A DNA stretch of 64,000 bases from the NCBI GenBank assembly GCA_964422165.1, contig CAYQZX010000052.1, positions 92,663 through 156,662 of the forward strand. Direction: 5' to 3'. Below the pieces are notes generated by a model, which did not search any database, was not told where the DNA came from, and saw nothing but the letters and a program-made list of their open reading frames with translations. Source of the DNA: an uncultured Eubacteriales bacterium. GTDB taxonomy: Bacteria; Acidobacteriota; Aminicenantia; Aminicenantales; Saccharicenantaceae. Of the stretch, positions 18,301 through 28,166 are shown piece by piece. Every line of letters starts with the position of its first letter. The first letter of the stretch is position 1. The position numbers and the translations under genes are program-made.

Positions 18301-19503
18301 TCAACCTTTTACATAACCTTCCCAGGTTTCTTGAAGTTTGGGGTTGTTCAGCCAGTCGATTAAATAATCAGTAAATTCCTTCCCGGTGGCTCCAGTTGGA
18401 CGGCCGGTGATGACCAGCTTCTTCTCATACTGACCGCAGATATCCAGAGCCATTTCTAATTTTTTAGCCTTTTCAACATATCCAATGTGATTGATGAGCA
18501 TAGCGGCTGCTCTAATCATACTGGCCGGGTCAGCGTACTGAGCCCTGCCTTCCTGAACCATCCTGGGAGCTGAACCATGAATGGCTTCAAACATGGCATA
18601 CTGTTTGCCTATGTTGGCGGCCCCAGCAGTGCCCACGCCGCCTTGGAATTCAGCTGCTTCGTCAGTCAGAATATCACCCCACATGTTGGGCATAACCAGA
18701 ACCTGGAACTCGCGACGCCGCTTTTCATCTACCAGTTTGGCGGTCATAATGTCAATGTACCAGTCGTCAACCTGAATGTCCGGATAATCTTTGGCAATTT
18801 TGTAGAATATTTCCAGAAACTTGCCGTCTGTAGTTTTAACCACGTTAGCTTTGGTCACACAGGTAACCTTGGTCCGCCCATTTCTTTTAGCATAGTCAAA
18901 AGCCATCTTTATGATTCTTTCAGCCCCGGGGGTGGAGCAGAGTCTAAAATCAATGGCGATATCTGGTCCCACTTCAATCCCATAGGGACCGAGAGCATAC
19001 AGGTCTTCGGTGTTTTCTCTGAAGAACACCCAGTCAATACCCTGTTTGGGCACTCTAACGGGCCTGACGTTGGCAAAGAGGTCAAGCTCTTTTCTCATGG
19101 CCACGTTACAGCTTTCAATGTTCGGCCAGGGATCGCCTTTTCTTGGTGTGGTGGTGGGGCCCTTCAGGGTGACATGGTATTTCTTGATTTCTTCCAGCAC
19201 ATCATCAGGAATGGCTTTATTGTGAGCGGCTCGGTTTTCGATAGTCAGACCTTCAATGGTATTAATGTAAATTTTACCGCTCTTCAGTTCTTCATCAAGC
19301 ATGTAACCGAGAACTCTTTCAGCTTCGGCGGCTATGTAGGGGCCAATTCCATCACCAGGAAGAATGCCGATTTTGATGGGCGAGACTTTGGAGTAGTCAA
19401 TCCAATCAGGAGCGGATTTTATTTTTTCCACCCTTTCCATCTGTGATTCAAGAAGCTTGCCCAGCTGTTCTTGGGCTTTTTGGATAACAGTCCGATCGAT
19501 CAT
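18301..19503 (-). CDS. icd: Isocitrate dehydrogenase (IDH/IPMDH family)
   Basis: PGDGIGP, LKGPTTTP, isocitrate-type S-x-N-V-x-x-R motif (ESCNVAMR), RENTEDLY, KANV, EAIHGSAP; flanked by mdh and acnB. Confidence 0.85.
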   Translation of the reverse strand: MIDRTVIQKAQEQLGKLLESQMERVEKIKSAPDWIDYSKVSPIKIGILPGDGIGPYIAAEAERVLGYMLDEELKSGKIYINTIEGLTIENRAAHNKAIPDDVLEEIKKYHVTLKGPTTTPRKGDPWPNIESCNVAMRKELDLFANVRPVRVPKQGIDWVFFRENTEDLYALGPYGIEVGPDIAIDFRLCSTPGAERIIKMAFDYAKRNGRTKVTCVTKANVVKTTDGKFLEIFYKIAKDYPDIQVDDWYIDIMTAKLVDEKRRREFQVLVMPNMWGDILTDEAAEFQGGVGTAGAANIGKQYAMFEAIHGSAPRMVQEGRAQYADPASMIRAAAMLINHIGYVEKAKKLEMALDICGQYEKKLVITGRPTGATGKEFTDYLIDWLNNPKLQETWEGYVKG

Positions 19504-19741
19504 TTTACCTCCTGTTTTTTTGAATTTTAAGGAATGTTAAGAAAAAATATTATATTTTTTTGAGGTTAAAATCAATGATTTTTTTTAAATGAGCTGGCTT
19601 GATATCCAGAAGAGCGAGTGGGAATTGCCATAAGGAATATTGCGGTCTTAAATTTTTATTGAAGTGCCAGATAATTATTGGTTAAAGCTTAAGCCTAAAG
19701 AATACTCTCTGCTGAAATCCGGGATATAAATGAGCCATTTT

Positions 19742-19770
19742 TTGACAAAGCTAATTTTAATTCATAAACT
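19742..19770 (+). promoter_or_regulatory. Putative sigma70 promoter of acnB
   Basis: TTGACA(19742-19747)-17 nt-TAAACT(19765-19770); AAGGAG SD before ATG 19834. Confidence 0.6.
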
Positions 19771-19833
19771 ATTATCTCATATATTTCTTTTCATAGGTAA
19801 ATATAAATAAATCACAAGAAAGGAGATGAGCTG

Positions 19834-22374
19834 ATGCTGGAAAATTATTATCAAAAAGCTCTGGAAAGAGAAAAAATGGGAATACCGCCCTTACCTCTAT
19901 CGGCTGAGGAGGCCCGAGAGCTCTGCCATCTTCTGGAAAACCCACCGGCTGGTAAAGAGAAGGAACTACTTTACTTACTGGAGCAGAGAATTTCTCCTGG
20001 TGTGGACCCGGCTGCCAGGGTCAAAGCTACCTGGCTTACAGAAATAGCATTGGGGCAGAAAAAATCTCCTCTGGTCAGCCCGGAAAAGGCTGTCTTTCTG
20101 CTGGGGACCATGATTGGTGGTTATAATGTTGACCCTCTGGTCTCTATGCTGGAAATCCCGGCCCTGGCTAAAGTGGCGGCTGATTCTCTAAAAAAGATAA
20201 TCTTGGTCTACGGAGCCTATGATAAAGTAGTTGAGCTGGCGGCAAAAAATCAGTATGCCCGGGAGGTTCTGGAATCCTGGGCCAAGGGAGAATGGTTTTT
20301 ATCAAGACCTGAGTTGCCTGAGGAATTGGTCCTAAAAGTTTATAAAGTTGACGGAGAAATCAACACCGATGATTTCTCACCGGCTAAATACGCCTGGAGT
20401 CGACCTGATATTCCCCTCCACGCCCTGAGCATGGGAGAAACCAGGTTTCCTGGGGGGCTGGAAGTTATCAGAAAATTCCGGGAAGAAGGTTACAGGGTAG
20501 CTTTTGTTGGAGATGTGGTCGGGACGGGGTCTTCCAGGAAATCTGCCTGTAATTCTCTGATGTGGCATATAGGTGAGGATATACCCTATGTTCCAAACAA
20601 GAGAAGAGGAGGAGTGGTCATTGGGGGGTTAATTGCACCTATTTTTTTCAACACTACCGAAGATTCGGGTGGGCTGCCCATTCAGGCAGATGTCAGCCAG
20701 CTTAAGACCGGCCAAGTCATAAGGATAAAGACCGGTGAAGGGCTCATCCTCAGCGAGAGCGGAGAAATCCTGGCCAGGTTTGAATGGAAGCCGGTAACCA
20801 TTAAGGACGAGTTCAGAGCTGGAGGCCGCTTGAACCTGATAATCGGGCGGCAGCTGACCGCTAAAGCCAGAAAAGAACTTGGCTGGCCAGAGGCCGATTT
20901 CTTTGTGAAGGTTCAGAATCCTGAGCCGAAACCAGGTCAGGGCTTCACCCTGGCTCAGAAAATCGTGGGCCGGGCCTGTGGTTTGCCTGGAGTTTTGCCA
21001 GGCACCTCCTGCGAACCGCATATGACCACGGTAGGTTCTCAGGACACCACCGGTCCTATGACTGCCGACGAACTCACCGAGCTGGCCTGTCTGGAATTCC
21101 AAACTGAGCTTTTTATGCAGTCATTCTGCCATACCGCCGCTTACCCCAAACCAGCTGATGTTAAGATGCACCGTAGTCTTTCGTCGTTCATAATTGAGAG
21201 AAAAGGTGTGGCCTTAAAACCGGGAGATGGGGTTATTCATTCCTGGCTCAACCGTCTGATTCTGCCTGATACAGTTGGTACTGGAGGTGATTCTCACACT
21301 CGATTCCCCATAGGTATCAGTTTCCCGGCTGGTTCGGGCCTGGTAGCTTTTGCCGGAGCTCTGGGGTTTATGCCGCTCGATATGCCGGAGTCGGTATTGG
21401 TTAGGTTCTCGGGGAAGCTCAATCCGGGAATTACTTTAAGAGATGTGGTTAACGCTATACCTTATTTTGCTATCAAGAAAGGGTTGCTGACCGTAGCTAA
21501 AAAGGGCAAAAAAAATGATTTTAACGGACGGATTCTGGAAATGGAGGGTTTAGAAGACCTGACGGTTGACGAAGCCTATGAGCTGACCGATGCTTCGGCC
21601 GAGAGATCGGCTGCGGCCAGCGTCATTTCTCTTAAAGAAGAAAAAGTGGTGGAGTACCTGAAGAGCAATATTGCTCTGATGAAGAAGATGATAGAAGAAG
21701 GCTACCAGGAGGCTTCTTCTCTGGAAAAGAGGATTAAGGCCTGCGAGGAATGGCTAAAAAACCCTGTTCTGCTTAAAAGAGACCAAAATGCTGAATATGC
21801 AGCCGTTCTGGAGATTGACCTCTCGGAGATAAAAGAACCTATCCTGGCCTGTCCTAATGACCCTGATGATGTCAAATTACTGTCTGAGGTGGCTGGCGAT
21901 AAAATCGATGAAGTCTTTATCGGCTCCTGTATGACCAACATCGGACATTTCCGGGCTGCAGCCAGAATATTTGAAAAAGCCTGCTATCCTGCTACCCGTA
22001 TCTGGTTGGCTCCGCCCACTAAAATGGATTATGCTCAGCTAATGAGAGAAGGATGGTTTGCGGCTTTCAGCCAAGTAGGAGCCAGGATAGAAATTCCTGG
22101 CTGTTCTCTCTGTATGGGTAATCAGGCTAGGGTACAACCTGGAAGTACGGTCATCTCCACTTCCACCAGGAATTTTGATAACCGAATGGGGGATAACGCC
22201 CGGGTTTATCTGGCATCAGCTGAACTTTCGGCCATAGCCGCAGTCGAGGGAAAACTCCCCAGTGCAGAGAAATATTTTGAGGTAATGAAGGAAAAAATTT
22301 TGCCTTACTCAGACCAGATTTATCGCTACCTCGAGTTTCACAAAATGCCTGACTTCAAGCTGAGCTATGTCTGA
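19834..22374 (+). CDS. acnB: Aconitate hydratase B
   Basis: N-terminal HEAT domain (GIPPLPL, PGVDPAA, LGTMIGGYN), NTDDFSPA, GSSRKSA, QDTTGPMT, QSFCH, GGDSHTR, Fe-S cysteines in GSCMTN and GCSLCMGNQ, TSTRNF. Confidence 0.96.
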   Translation: MLENYYQKALEREKMGIPPLPLSAEEARELCHLLENPPAGKEKELLYLLEQRISPGVDPAARVKATWLTEIALGQKKSPLVSPEKAVFLLGTMIGGYNVDPLVSMLEIPALAKVAADSLKKIILVYGAYDKVVELAAKNQYAREVLESWAKGEWFLSRPELPEELVLKVYKVDGEINTDDFSPAKYAWSRPDIPLHALSMGETRFPGGLEVIRKFREEGYRVAFVGDVVGTGSSRKSACNSLMWHIGEDIPYVPNKRRGGVVIGGLIAPIFFNTTEDSGGLPIQADVSQLKTGQVIRIKTGEGLILSESGEILARFEWKPVTIKDEFRAGGRLNLIIGRQLTAKARKELGWPEADFFVKVQNPEPKPGQGFTLAQKIVGRACGLPGVLPGTSCEPHMTTVGSQDTTGPMTADELTELACLEFQTELFMQSFCHTAAYPKPADVKMHRSLSSFIIERKGVALKPGDGVIHSWLNRLILPDTVGTGGDSHTRFPIGISFPAGSGLVAFAGALGFMPLDMPESVLVRFSGKLNPGITLRDVVNAIPYFAIKKGLLTVAKKGKKNDFNGRILEMEGLEDLTVDEAYELTDASAERSAAASVISLKEEKVVEYLKSNIALMKKMIEEGYQEASSLEKRIKACEEWLKNPVLLKRDQNAEYAAVLEIDLSEIKEPILACPNDPDDVKLLSEVAGDKIDEVFIGSCMTNIGHFRAAARIFEKACYPATRIWLAPPTKMDYAQLMREGWFAAFSQVGARIEIPGCSLCMGNQARVQPGSTVISTSTRNFDNRMGDNARVYLASAELSAIAAVEGKLPSAEKYFEVMKEKILPYSDQIYRYLEFHKMPDFKLSYV

Positions 22375-22399
22375 CCAAAAATTAAAGGAGATTTGACCG

Positions 22400-23161
22400 A
22401 TGATTAAACTTGAGGGGAAGACAGCTTTGATTACCGGGGCATCAAGAGGAATAGGTCGGGCTACCGCTATTCTTCTGGCCGAAGCTGGGGCTAAGGTAGC
22501 TGTACATTATCAGAAAAATGATCAGGCGGCTGCTGAAGTAAAGAAAATGCTGGAGGAGAAAGGTCAGGAATGTCTTCTGGTCAGGGCTGAGATTTCCAGG
22601 CGCCAGGAGGTAGAGCAGATGGTGGAAAAGGTGCTCGAACAATGGGGGCAGATTGACATTCTGGTTAATAACGCTGGCATCTGGACTTATGGAGAGATTG
22701 GAGCCATGCCGGAGGCTGTCTGGCGCGAGACCATGGCTGTTAACCTTGATGGAGTCTATTATGTTACCAACGCTGTTGTACCTCATATGAAGAAGCAGAA
22801 ACAGGGCTGGATTGTCAACGTGGCTTCCACCGCGGCAGTCAGGGGCGAGGCTTACCACTCTCATTACGCTGCCACTAAAGGGGCCATCATCTCTCTTACC
22901 AAATCATGGGCGGTCGAACTGGCTCCTCATAATATCAGAGTAAATTGTGTAGCACCTGGTTGGGTGGAGACCGATATGTGTCTCGAGGTTTTTAGCGACC
23001 CTGAGTTCAAGGAAAAGGTAAAACAATCCATTCCACTGAAAAGAATTCCCCCACCCGAAGATATAGCCGGCCCCATCCTCTTTCTGGTTTCTCCTCTGGC
23101 GGTCCACATAACCGGTGAGGTACTCAACGTCAACGGAGGGTCAGTGCTTTGCGGAGGCTAA
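22400..23161 (+). CDS. Classical short-chain dehydrogenase/reductase (FabG-like)
   Basis: TGASRGIG, NNAG, YAATK, VAPGWVET motifs; substrate unknown. Confidence 0.85.
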   Translation: MIKLEGKTALITGASRGIGRATAILLAEAGAKVAVHYQKNDQAAAEVKKMLEEKGQECLLVRAEISRRQEVEQMVEKVLEQWGQIDILVNNAGIWTYGEIGAMPEAVWRETMAVNLDGVYYVTNAVVPHMKKQKQGWIVNVASTAAVRGEAYHSHYAATKGAIISLTKSWAVELAPHNIRVNCVAPGWVETDMCLEVFSDPEFKEKVKQSIPLKRIPPPEDIAGPILFLVSPLAVHITGEVLNVNGGSVLCGG

Positions 23162-23167
23162 AAAGAT

Positions 23168-23196
23168 TTGCCAAAATTCAATTTTTTTGATATTTT
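23168..23196 (+). promoter_or_regulatory. Putative sigma70 promoter with extended -10
   Basis: TTGCCA-17 nt-TATTTT with TG upstream of the -10; AAGGAGG SD before ATG 23224. Confidence 0.45.
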
Positions 23197-23223
23197 TAAG
23201 ACAAATTAATAAGGAGGGTAAAA

Positions 23224-23481
23224 ATGGAGGAGGTCGAAGTTGGCCGGATAACTCATTATTTTTCGAAAATTTCGGTGGGCGTTGCCAGAATTTCAGGGAG
23301 GGGATTGAAAATAGGTGATGTGGTGCATATTAAAGGTCACAGCACTGATTTTTTTCAGAAAATAGAGTCAATGCAGATAGAACACAAACCGGTAGAGGAA
23401 GCCAAGCCTGGTGAAGAGGTAGCTTTCAAGGTAGATATGCCGGTTAGAGAGCATGATGTGGTTTTTAAGGTGATTGAGTAA
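23224..23481 (+). CDS. Small translation-factor-like beta-barrel protein (EF-Tu domain II / U32 C-terminal-like)
   Basis: VGRITHYFSKISVG...LKIGDVVHIKG..TDFFQKIESMQIEH..VEEAKPGEEVA; strong SD. Confidence 0.75.
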   Translation: MEEVEVGRITHYFSKISVGVARISGRGLKIGDVVHIKGHSTDFFQKIESMQIEHKPVEEAKPGEEVAFKVDMPVREHDVVFKVIE

Positions 23482-23557
23482 ATTTTTTAATAAGCTCAGA
23501 AAAAAGAATTTGAGATTGACAGAAAAAAGGTAAGTATGGTAAGTAAAGAAAGAAAAA

Positions 23558-24448
23558 ATGGCTAAAAAATTTATCTCCATAGTCATTGTCCCTAACTGGA
23601 AAACAAGTTTCAGAACCATAAACCTCCCCCAAAAAACCGTTCGGGTTATGATTGGTGCTGGAGTGGCATTTGCTGTTATTTTTGTCTTTTTCCTGCTCGA
23701 TTATTTTTCCATGACTGTGACTAAGGCTAAGTACCGGGAGCTTCTCAAAGAAACTTCAGCTCAAAAAGAAATCATTGCCAATTATGAGACGACTATTGCC
23801 CAGATGAAAGAAACCATAGCCAGTTTTGAAAATTATGCCAGAAAAATCAATATCCTGGCCGGAGTTCAGTCCCCAGAAAACCTCAAGGGGGAGCCGGGCT
23901 TAGGTGGTGGGGAAAAAGTTGATACCGGTGCCGTGGGCCAGATAAAAAACCTTGAACCTGGAGCTATCCAGGCTATCAAGCAAAGAGCCGATGCGGTTGA
24001 AAAAAATCTAAGCTACATGCTGCATTTTTTTGAAAATCAAAACACCACTCTGGCTACTACCCCGACCATCTGGCCGACAGTGGGCTGGGTATCTTCAACC
24101 TTTGGACCTCGGATTGATCCCTTTACCGGTCGGAATGCATTTCATTATGGCCTGGACATAGCCACTAATCTTAACAACCCGGTAGTGGCTACGGCCAATG
24201 GTGTTGTAGTCCAGGTTGGTTATGACAAGTACAAAGGCTATTTTGTTTCCATAAGCCATGGTAACGGTTTTAACACCGAATACTGGCATTTAAACAAATA
24301 CACGGTTAAATCCGGTCAGAAAGTGGAAAGAGGACAGGTCATAGGTTATGTTGGCAAAACAGGAAAAGCTTTAGGGCCGCATCTTCATTATGAGGTTCAT
24401 CTGAACGGAAAGCCTATTAACCCAATCCACTACATCATAGAAGAATAA
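23558..24448 (+). CDS. M23-family metallopeptidase (murein endopeptidase-like)
   Basis: N-terminal TM and coiled coil; HYGLD (HxxxD) and GPHLHYEV (HxH) zinc motifs. Confidence 0.9.
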   Translation: MAKKFISIVIVPNWKTSFRTINLPQKTVRVMIGAGVAFAVIFVFFLLDYFSMTVTKAKYRELLKETSAQKEIIANYETTIAQMKETIASFENYARKINILAGVQSPENLKGEPGLGGGEKVDTGAVGQIKNLEPGAIQAIKQRADAVEKNLSYMLHFFENQNTTLATTPTIWPTVGWVSSTFGPRIDPFTGRNAFHYGLDIATNLNNPVVATANGVVVQVGYDKYKGYFVSISHGNGFNTEYWHLNKYTVKSGQKVERGQVIGYVGKTGKALGPHLHYEVHLNGKPINPIHYIIEE

Positions 24449-24495
24449 CTTTTTTAAATTATTCTGAATCTGAAAACGAGCCTGATTAACTCCGG

Positions 24496-25428
24496 TCAGC
24501 CCAGAATTGAACCCACGCGAACTCGGCCACCCAGAGAAAAGGCATAAGCGGGCATTTCTTTTTTGCCTTCCGGCTTAACTTTTTCTATGAGATAAAGAGA
24601 ATTTTGTCCACAGCAAACATAAATACCTGGCTTATCTACCTGGACCACTTCACCCGGTCTGGCCTTGGGCATTAAGCCTTGAACCACCCGTCCGATTATA
24701 ATTTCCAGCCTCTGACCAGCGATAAAGGTGAAGGCTCCGGGCCAGGAGAAAAAGGCTCTAACTTTTCTGTCGATGATCTCAGCCGGTTCTGACCAATCAA
24801 TAAGCGCCTGGTCTTTAGTCAATTTCGGAGCATAAGTAGCCCGGGAATGGTCTTGCTCTTTTAGTTCAATGCGGGTAAGGTTTTCCAGGGTTTTGACCAG
24901 AAGCTGAGCTCCAACATGGGACAGTCTGGTTTCCAGCTCCTGAGCATTTTCTCTGGGAAGGATTTCTACCATTTCCTGGGTAAGAATCGGGCCCTCATCC
25001 ATTTTTTCGTTGAGCTGCATAATGGTCACTCCAGTAAATCTTTCTCCGTTGAGTATGGCCCACTGAACTGGAGCGGCTCCCCTGTATTTAGGCAGGAGAG
25101 AAAAATGGATATTCAGGGATTTATGAGGCGGCAGGTAAATTATCGAGGCCGGGATTATTTGACCGTAAGCCACCACCACGTTAATTTCTGGATCGGCTGT
25201 CTTTATCAGCTCCAGAGCTTTTTCGTCTTTTCTGATTTTTTCTGGCTGGTAACAGGGGAGACCATGACTTTCGGCAAATACCTTAACCGGTGGAGGAGTT
25301 AGCTTTTTGCCCCTTCCAGCCGGCCGGTCAGGCTGGGTTATAACCAGTTTAATCTCATGTCCGGCAGACAGCAAAGCATTGAGCGCCGGTAAGGCAGGGC
25401 TCGGGCTCCCAAAAAAGACAATCCTCAT
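24496..25428 (-). CDS. fmt: Methionyl-tRNA formyltransferase
   Basis: MRIVFFGS, TQPDRPAGRG, VVAYG, NIHFSLLPKYRGAAP, MDEGP. Confidence 0.96.
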   Translation of the reverse strand: MRIVFFGSPSPALPALNALLSAGHEIKLVITQPDRPAGRGKKLTPPPVKVFAESHGLPCYQPEKIRKDEKALELIKTADPEINVVVAYGQIIPASIIYLPPHKSLNIHFSLLPKYRGAAPVQWAILNGERFTGVTIMQLNEKMDEGPILTQEMVEILPRENAQELETRLSHVGAQLLVKTLENLTRIELKEQDHSRATYAPKLTKDQALIDWSEPAEIIDRKVRAFFSWPGAFTFIAGQRLEIIIGRVVQGLMPKARPGEVVQVDKPGIYVCCGQNSLYLIEKVKPEGKKEMPAYAFSLGGRVRVGSILG

Positions 25429-25431
25429 CAG

Positions 25432-25938
25432 TTATGCCTTTTCCAGCTCTTTTTTTAGCCGGTTTTTCACTAGCCTTCTTTTCAAAGGAGAGAGACGGTC
25501 AACAAACAGACGGCCCTCCAGATGGTCAATTTCGTGGCAAAAAACCCTGGCCAGAAGCTCTCTGGCCTCCACCAGGTATTCCTGGCCATCAAGGTTATAA
25601 CCTTTGACTACTACCCGGGCTGGACGGAGGACCTTTTCGTAAATTCCTGGAACTGACAGACAGCCTTCCTCTGAAATCTGTTCTCCATCTTCTTCTATAA
25701 TTTCTGGATTGATCATAATTAATAGTTCATCAGGTTTCTCTCCGACCGAAAGGTCCACAGTTATCAAACGCAGACTAACATTGACCTGAGGGGCAGCCAG
25801 ACCTATGCCCGGAGCCTGGTGCATAGTCTCAACCATGTTTCTAGCCAGCTCCACTATTTCCTGGTTAATGTTCTCAACCGGGCGTGCTTTTAGTGACAGA
25901 GTAGGATGACCGATTTTAATTATTTCCAGAATTGCCAT
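25432..25938 (-). CDS. def: Peptide deformylase
   Basis: GIGLAAPQV, EGCLSVP, HEIDHLEG. Confidence 0.96.
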   Translation of the reverse strand: MAILEIIKIGHPTLSLKARPVENINQEIVELARNMVETMHQAPGIGLAAPQVNVSLRLITVDLSVGEKPDELLIMINPEIIEEDGEQISEEGCLSVPGIYEKVLRPARVVVKGYNLDGQEYLVEARELLARVFCHEIDHLEGRLFVDRLSPLKRRLVKNRLKKELEKA

Positions 25939-25944
25939 AAAGCT

Positions 25945-25973
25945 ATTTTAGACCAGGTGACCTTCAAAGACAA
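25945..25973 (-). promoter_or_regulatory. Putative sigma70 promoter giving a leaderless def transcript
   Basis: Minus strand TTGTCT-17 nt-TAAAAT-6 nt-ATG; no SD. Confidence 0.55.
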
Positions 25974-25988
25974 CCGGCTGGCCTTAAC

Positions 25989-28013
25989 TTAAATCACTGC
26001 CGACGGCGGAGGCGGTTCGTCCGGAGCTCCAGCATTTCTCAGAGGGACAGCAATCAGGTAAAAGCCAATCAGGGCCAGAACCACCAGACCTCCAACATAG
26101 CTTGGTTTTGAAAAGATTATGGGAATATCTTTGCTGATTACATTTTGCAAGAAGAAAAACTTCCAGGCAGCCCGGATAAGACCGGTCAGGGCTTCTCCGG
26201 CAATTAACCCAGCAGCCAGAAGGATGCCGACGTTTTCCACTCTGGCTTTTTGAGCCGGGTTGAGATTACGACGAGCAGATAGGCGCTCCAGGAGGCCCTT
26301 AATCATCCCGCCCATGAAGATGGCAAAGGTGGTTTCAAGCGGCAGGTACATACCGACAGCTACCAGCATGGGAGAGCGAACCTGAACTAGGATGAGAGCA
26401 AAACCCATGAGCATCCCGACGATGACCAGCGGCCAGGCCATCTCTCCGCCAACTATGCCCTGGGATATGGCTGCCATCAGTCCTGCCTGAGGTGCCGGTA
26501 AATCTTTGCTCCCGAAAGTGAATGCGCCGTGAAGAATCATCAGAGGAAAGTAAAGAAGAAGAGAGGCCAAAAGTACTCCAAAGATATCACCAACCTGCAT
26601 TTTCCAGGGGGTGCCGCCGAGAATGTGGCCCACTTTAAGGTCCTGAAGCATTTCGCCAGCCACAGCTGAAGAAACGCAAACAACTGAAGCTACTCCGAGA
26701 ACGGCAATTATTCCGCCAGTACCCCTGGCCCCAATCAGGACCATCAGCAAACCGGCGATTATCAGCGTTGAGAGAGTTAGCCCTGAGATAGGGTTATTGG
26801 AAGAGCCTATAGTTCCAACCAGATTACCCGAGACGGCGGCAAAGAAGAATCCGGCCAGGGCCATAACCACAGCGGCGAGGATGGCAGGTCCGTAGCTACC
26901 TGAAAAAACCCGGTAAACGAAAACCATCATAACTACGGTAATGGCCATCAGCCCAAGCACCAGCCGGCTGTTCAGGTCCTGTTCTATTCTGGAAGTTACT
27001 TCTGTTTTGCCGGCAGCCTTTCTGACATCGCTTATAGACCTTTTAATACCGGCGCCCAGGTTCTTTCTCATCCTGAAAAGGGTAAAACCAGCTCCAACCA
27101 GCATGCCACCAACAGCTATTGGCCTTATTATAAATTTCCAGATGTTGATAACCAGCTCTGACCAGGGTACCTCAGACATGGCCACTCCGGGACCATAAAA
27201 TTGATTCACCAGATGCGGACCAAGAAAATACATGAGCAAGGGAGCGAAAAGACCCCAGGCCAGAACTCCTCCGGCAAAGTTCAGAGAGGCCAATCTTGGG
27301 CCGATGATGTAGCCCACACCAATATAAGCCGGAAAGATACCAGGACCAGAAACACTGATTATTCCCCCGGTTCCTATGGTTTCTGCTTCTCGAGAAGCGC
27401 CGAGCCTGACAAAGCTCTGACCAATTTTTCCCAGTCTGATGATGAATTCTTTGGAAGCAGCGAAGAGCTGAACCACCCCCAGGGCATAAAGCAAAGAACC
27501 CACTCCCATGGCCTGGAAGAGAAACTTTGCCCCGGCACTTCCTTTTTGCCCAGCCTTGTGGATTTCAGCGGCCGCTACCGATTCGGGAAATGGTAATTCC
27601 GGGTCAGTAACCATTATTCTTCTCAGGAAGGTAACGAACAGAATTCCCAGCAGTCCACCTACAAACATCAGAGCTGATGATTTAAGATAAGCATCCAGGG
27701 TGTCAAATCTGAGCCAGGCCCCGGTTATCAGGAAAGCCGGAATGGTAAAGATAGCCCCTGCGGCTACCGATTCTCCGATAGACCCGACCGTTCTGGCCAT
27801 ATTTTCTTCAAGGATGGATCCTCTCATTATTTTTAAGAGGGCCATTCCTATTACCGCAGCCGGATAGGTAGCAGCTATAGTCATACCGGCCCGCAGCCCG
27901 AGGTAGGCATTGGCGGCTCCGAGGATTACAGTCATGATGAGTCCGAGGATAATGGCTCGAAGAGTGAATTCTTTCATGTCAGTCTTTTCTGGTACATAAG
28001 GTTTATACTCCAT
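25989..28013 (-). CDS. OPT-family oligopeptide transporter
   Basis: EFTLRA, ANAYLGLRAG, ILEENM, LPFPE, GSSNNPISG, LQDLKVGHILGGTP, LPAPQA; many TM helices. Confidence 0.92.
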   Translation of the reverse strand: MEYKPYVPEKTDMKEFTLRAIILGLIMTVILGAANAYLGLRAGMTIAATYPAAVIGMALLKIMRGSILEENMARTVGSIGESVAAGAIFTIPAFLITGAWLRFDTLDAYLKSSALMFVGGLLGILFVTFLRRIMVTDPELPFPESVAAAEIHKAGQKGSAGAKFLFQAMGVGSLLYALGVVQLFAASKEFIIRLGKIGQSFVRLGASREAETIGTGGIISVSGPGIFPAYIGVGYIIGPRLASLNFAGGVLAWGLFAPLLMYFLGPHLVNQFYGPGVAMSEVPWSELVINIWKFIIRPIAVGGMLVGAGFTLFRMRKNLGAGIKRSISDVRKAAGKTEVTSRIEQDLNSRLVLGLMAITVVMMVFVYRVFSGSYGPAILAAVVMALAGFFFAAVSGNLVGTIGSSNNPISGLTLSTLIIAGLLMVLIGARGTGGIIAVLGVASVVCVSSAVAGEMLQDLKVGHILGGTPWKMQVGDIFGVLLASLLLYFPLMILHGAFTFGSKDLPAPQAGLMAAISQGIVGGEMAWPLVIVGMLMGFALILVQVRSPMLVAVGMYLPLETTFAIFMGGMIKGLLERLSARRNLNPAQKARVENVGILLAAGLIAGEALTGLIRAAWKFFFLQNVISKDIPIIFSKPSYVGGLVVLALIGFYLIAVPLRNAGAPDEPPPPSAVI

Positions 28014-28166
28014 CTGCCTCTCCTTTGAATTTTTCTTTATGTATATTAAAAACCAGGCTCTTAAGTCAAGACTAATTTTTTTGATCGGACTTTGAAATTA
28101 TTTGCTAAGGAGGGCTTTTTGTGTTAAAAAATTGTGTTAAATAATTTTAGTAAAGAAAGGATAACC

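Noticed and set aside
18577-19446. 289-aa antisense ORF inside icd (also 181 aa inside mdh and 210 aa inside the M24 gene)
   Set aside because: Expected antisense open frames arising from codon bias of the real genes.
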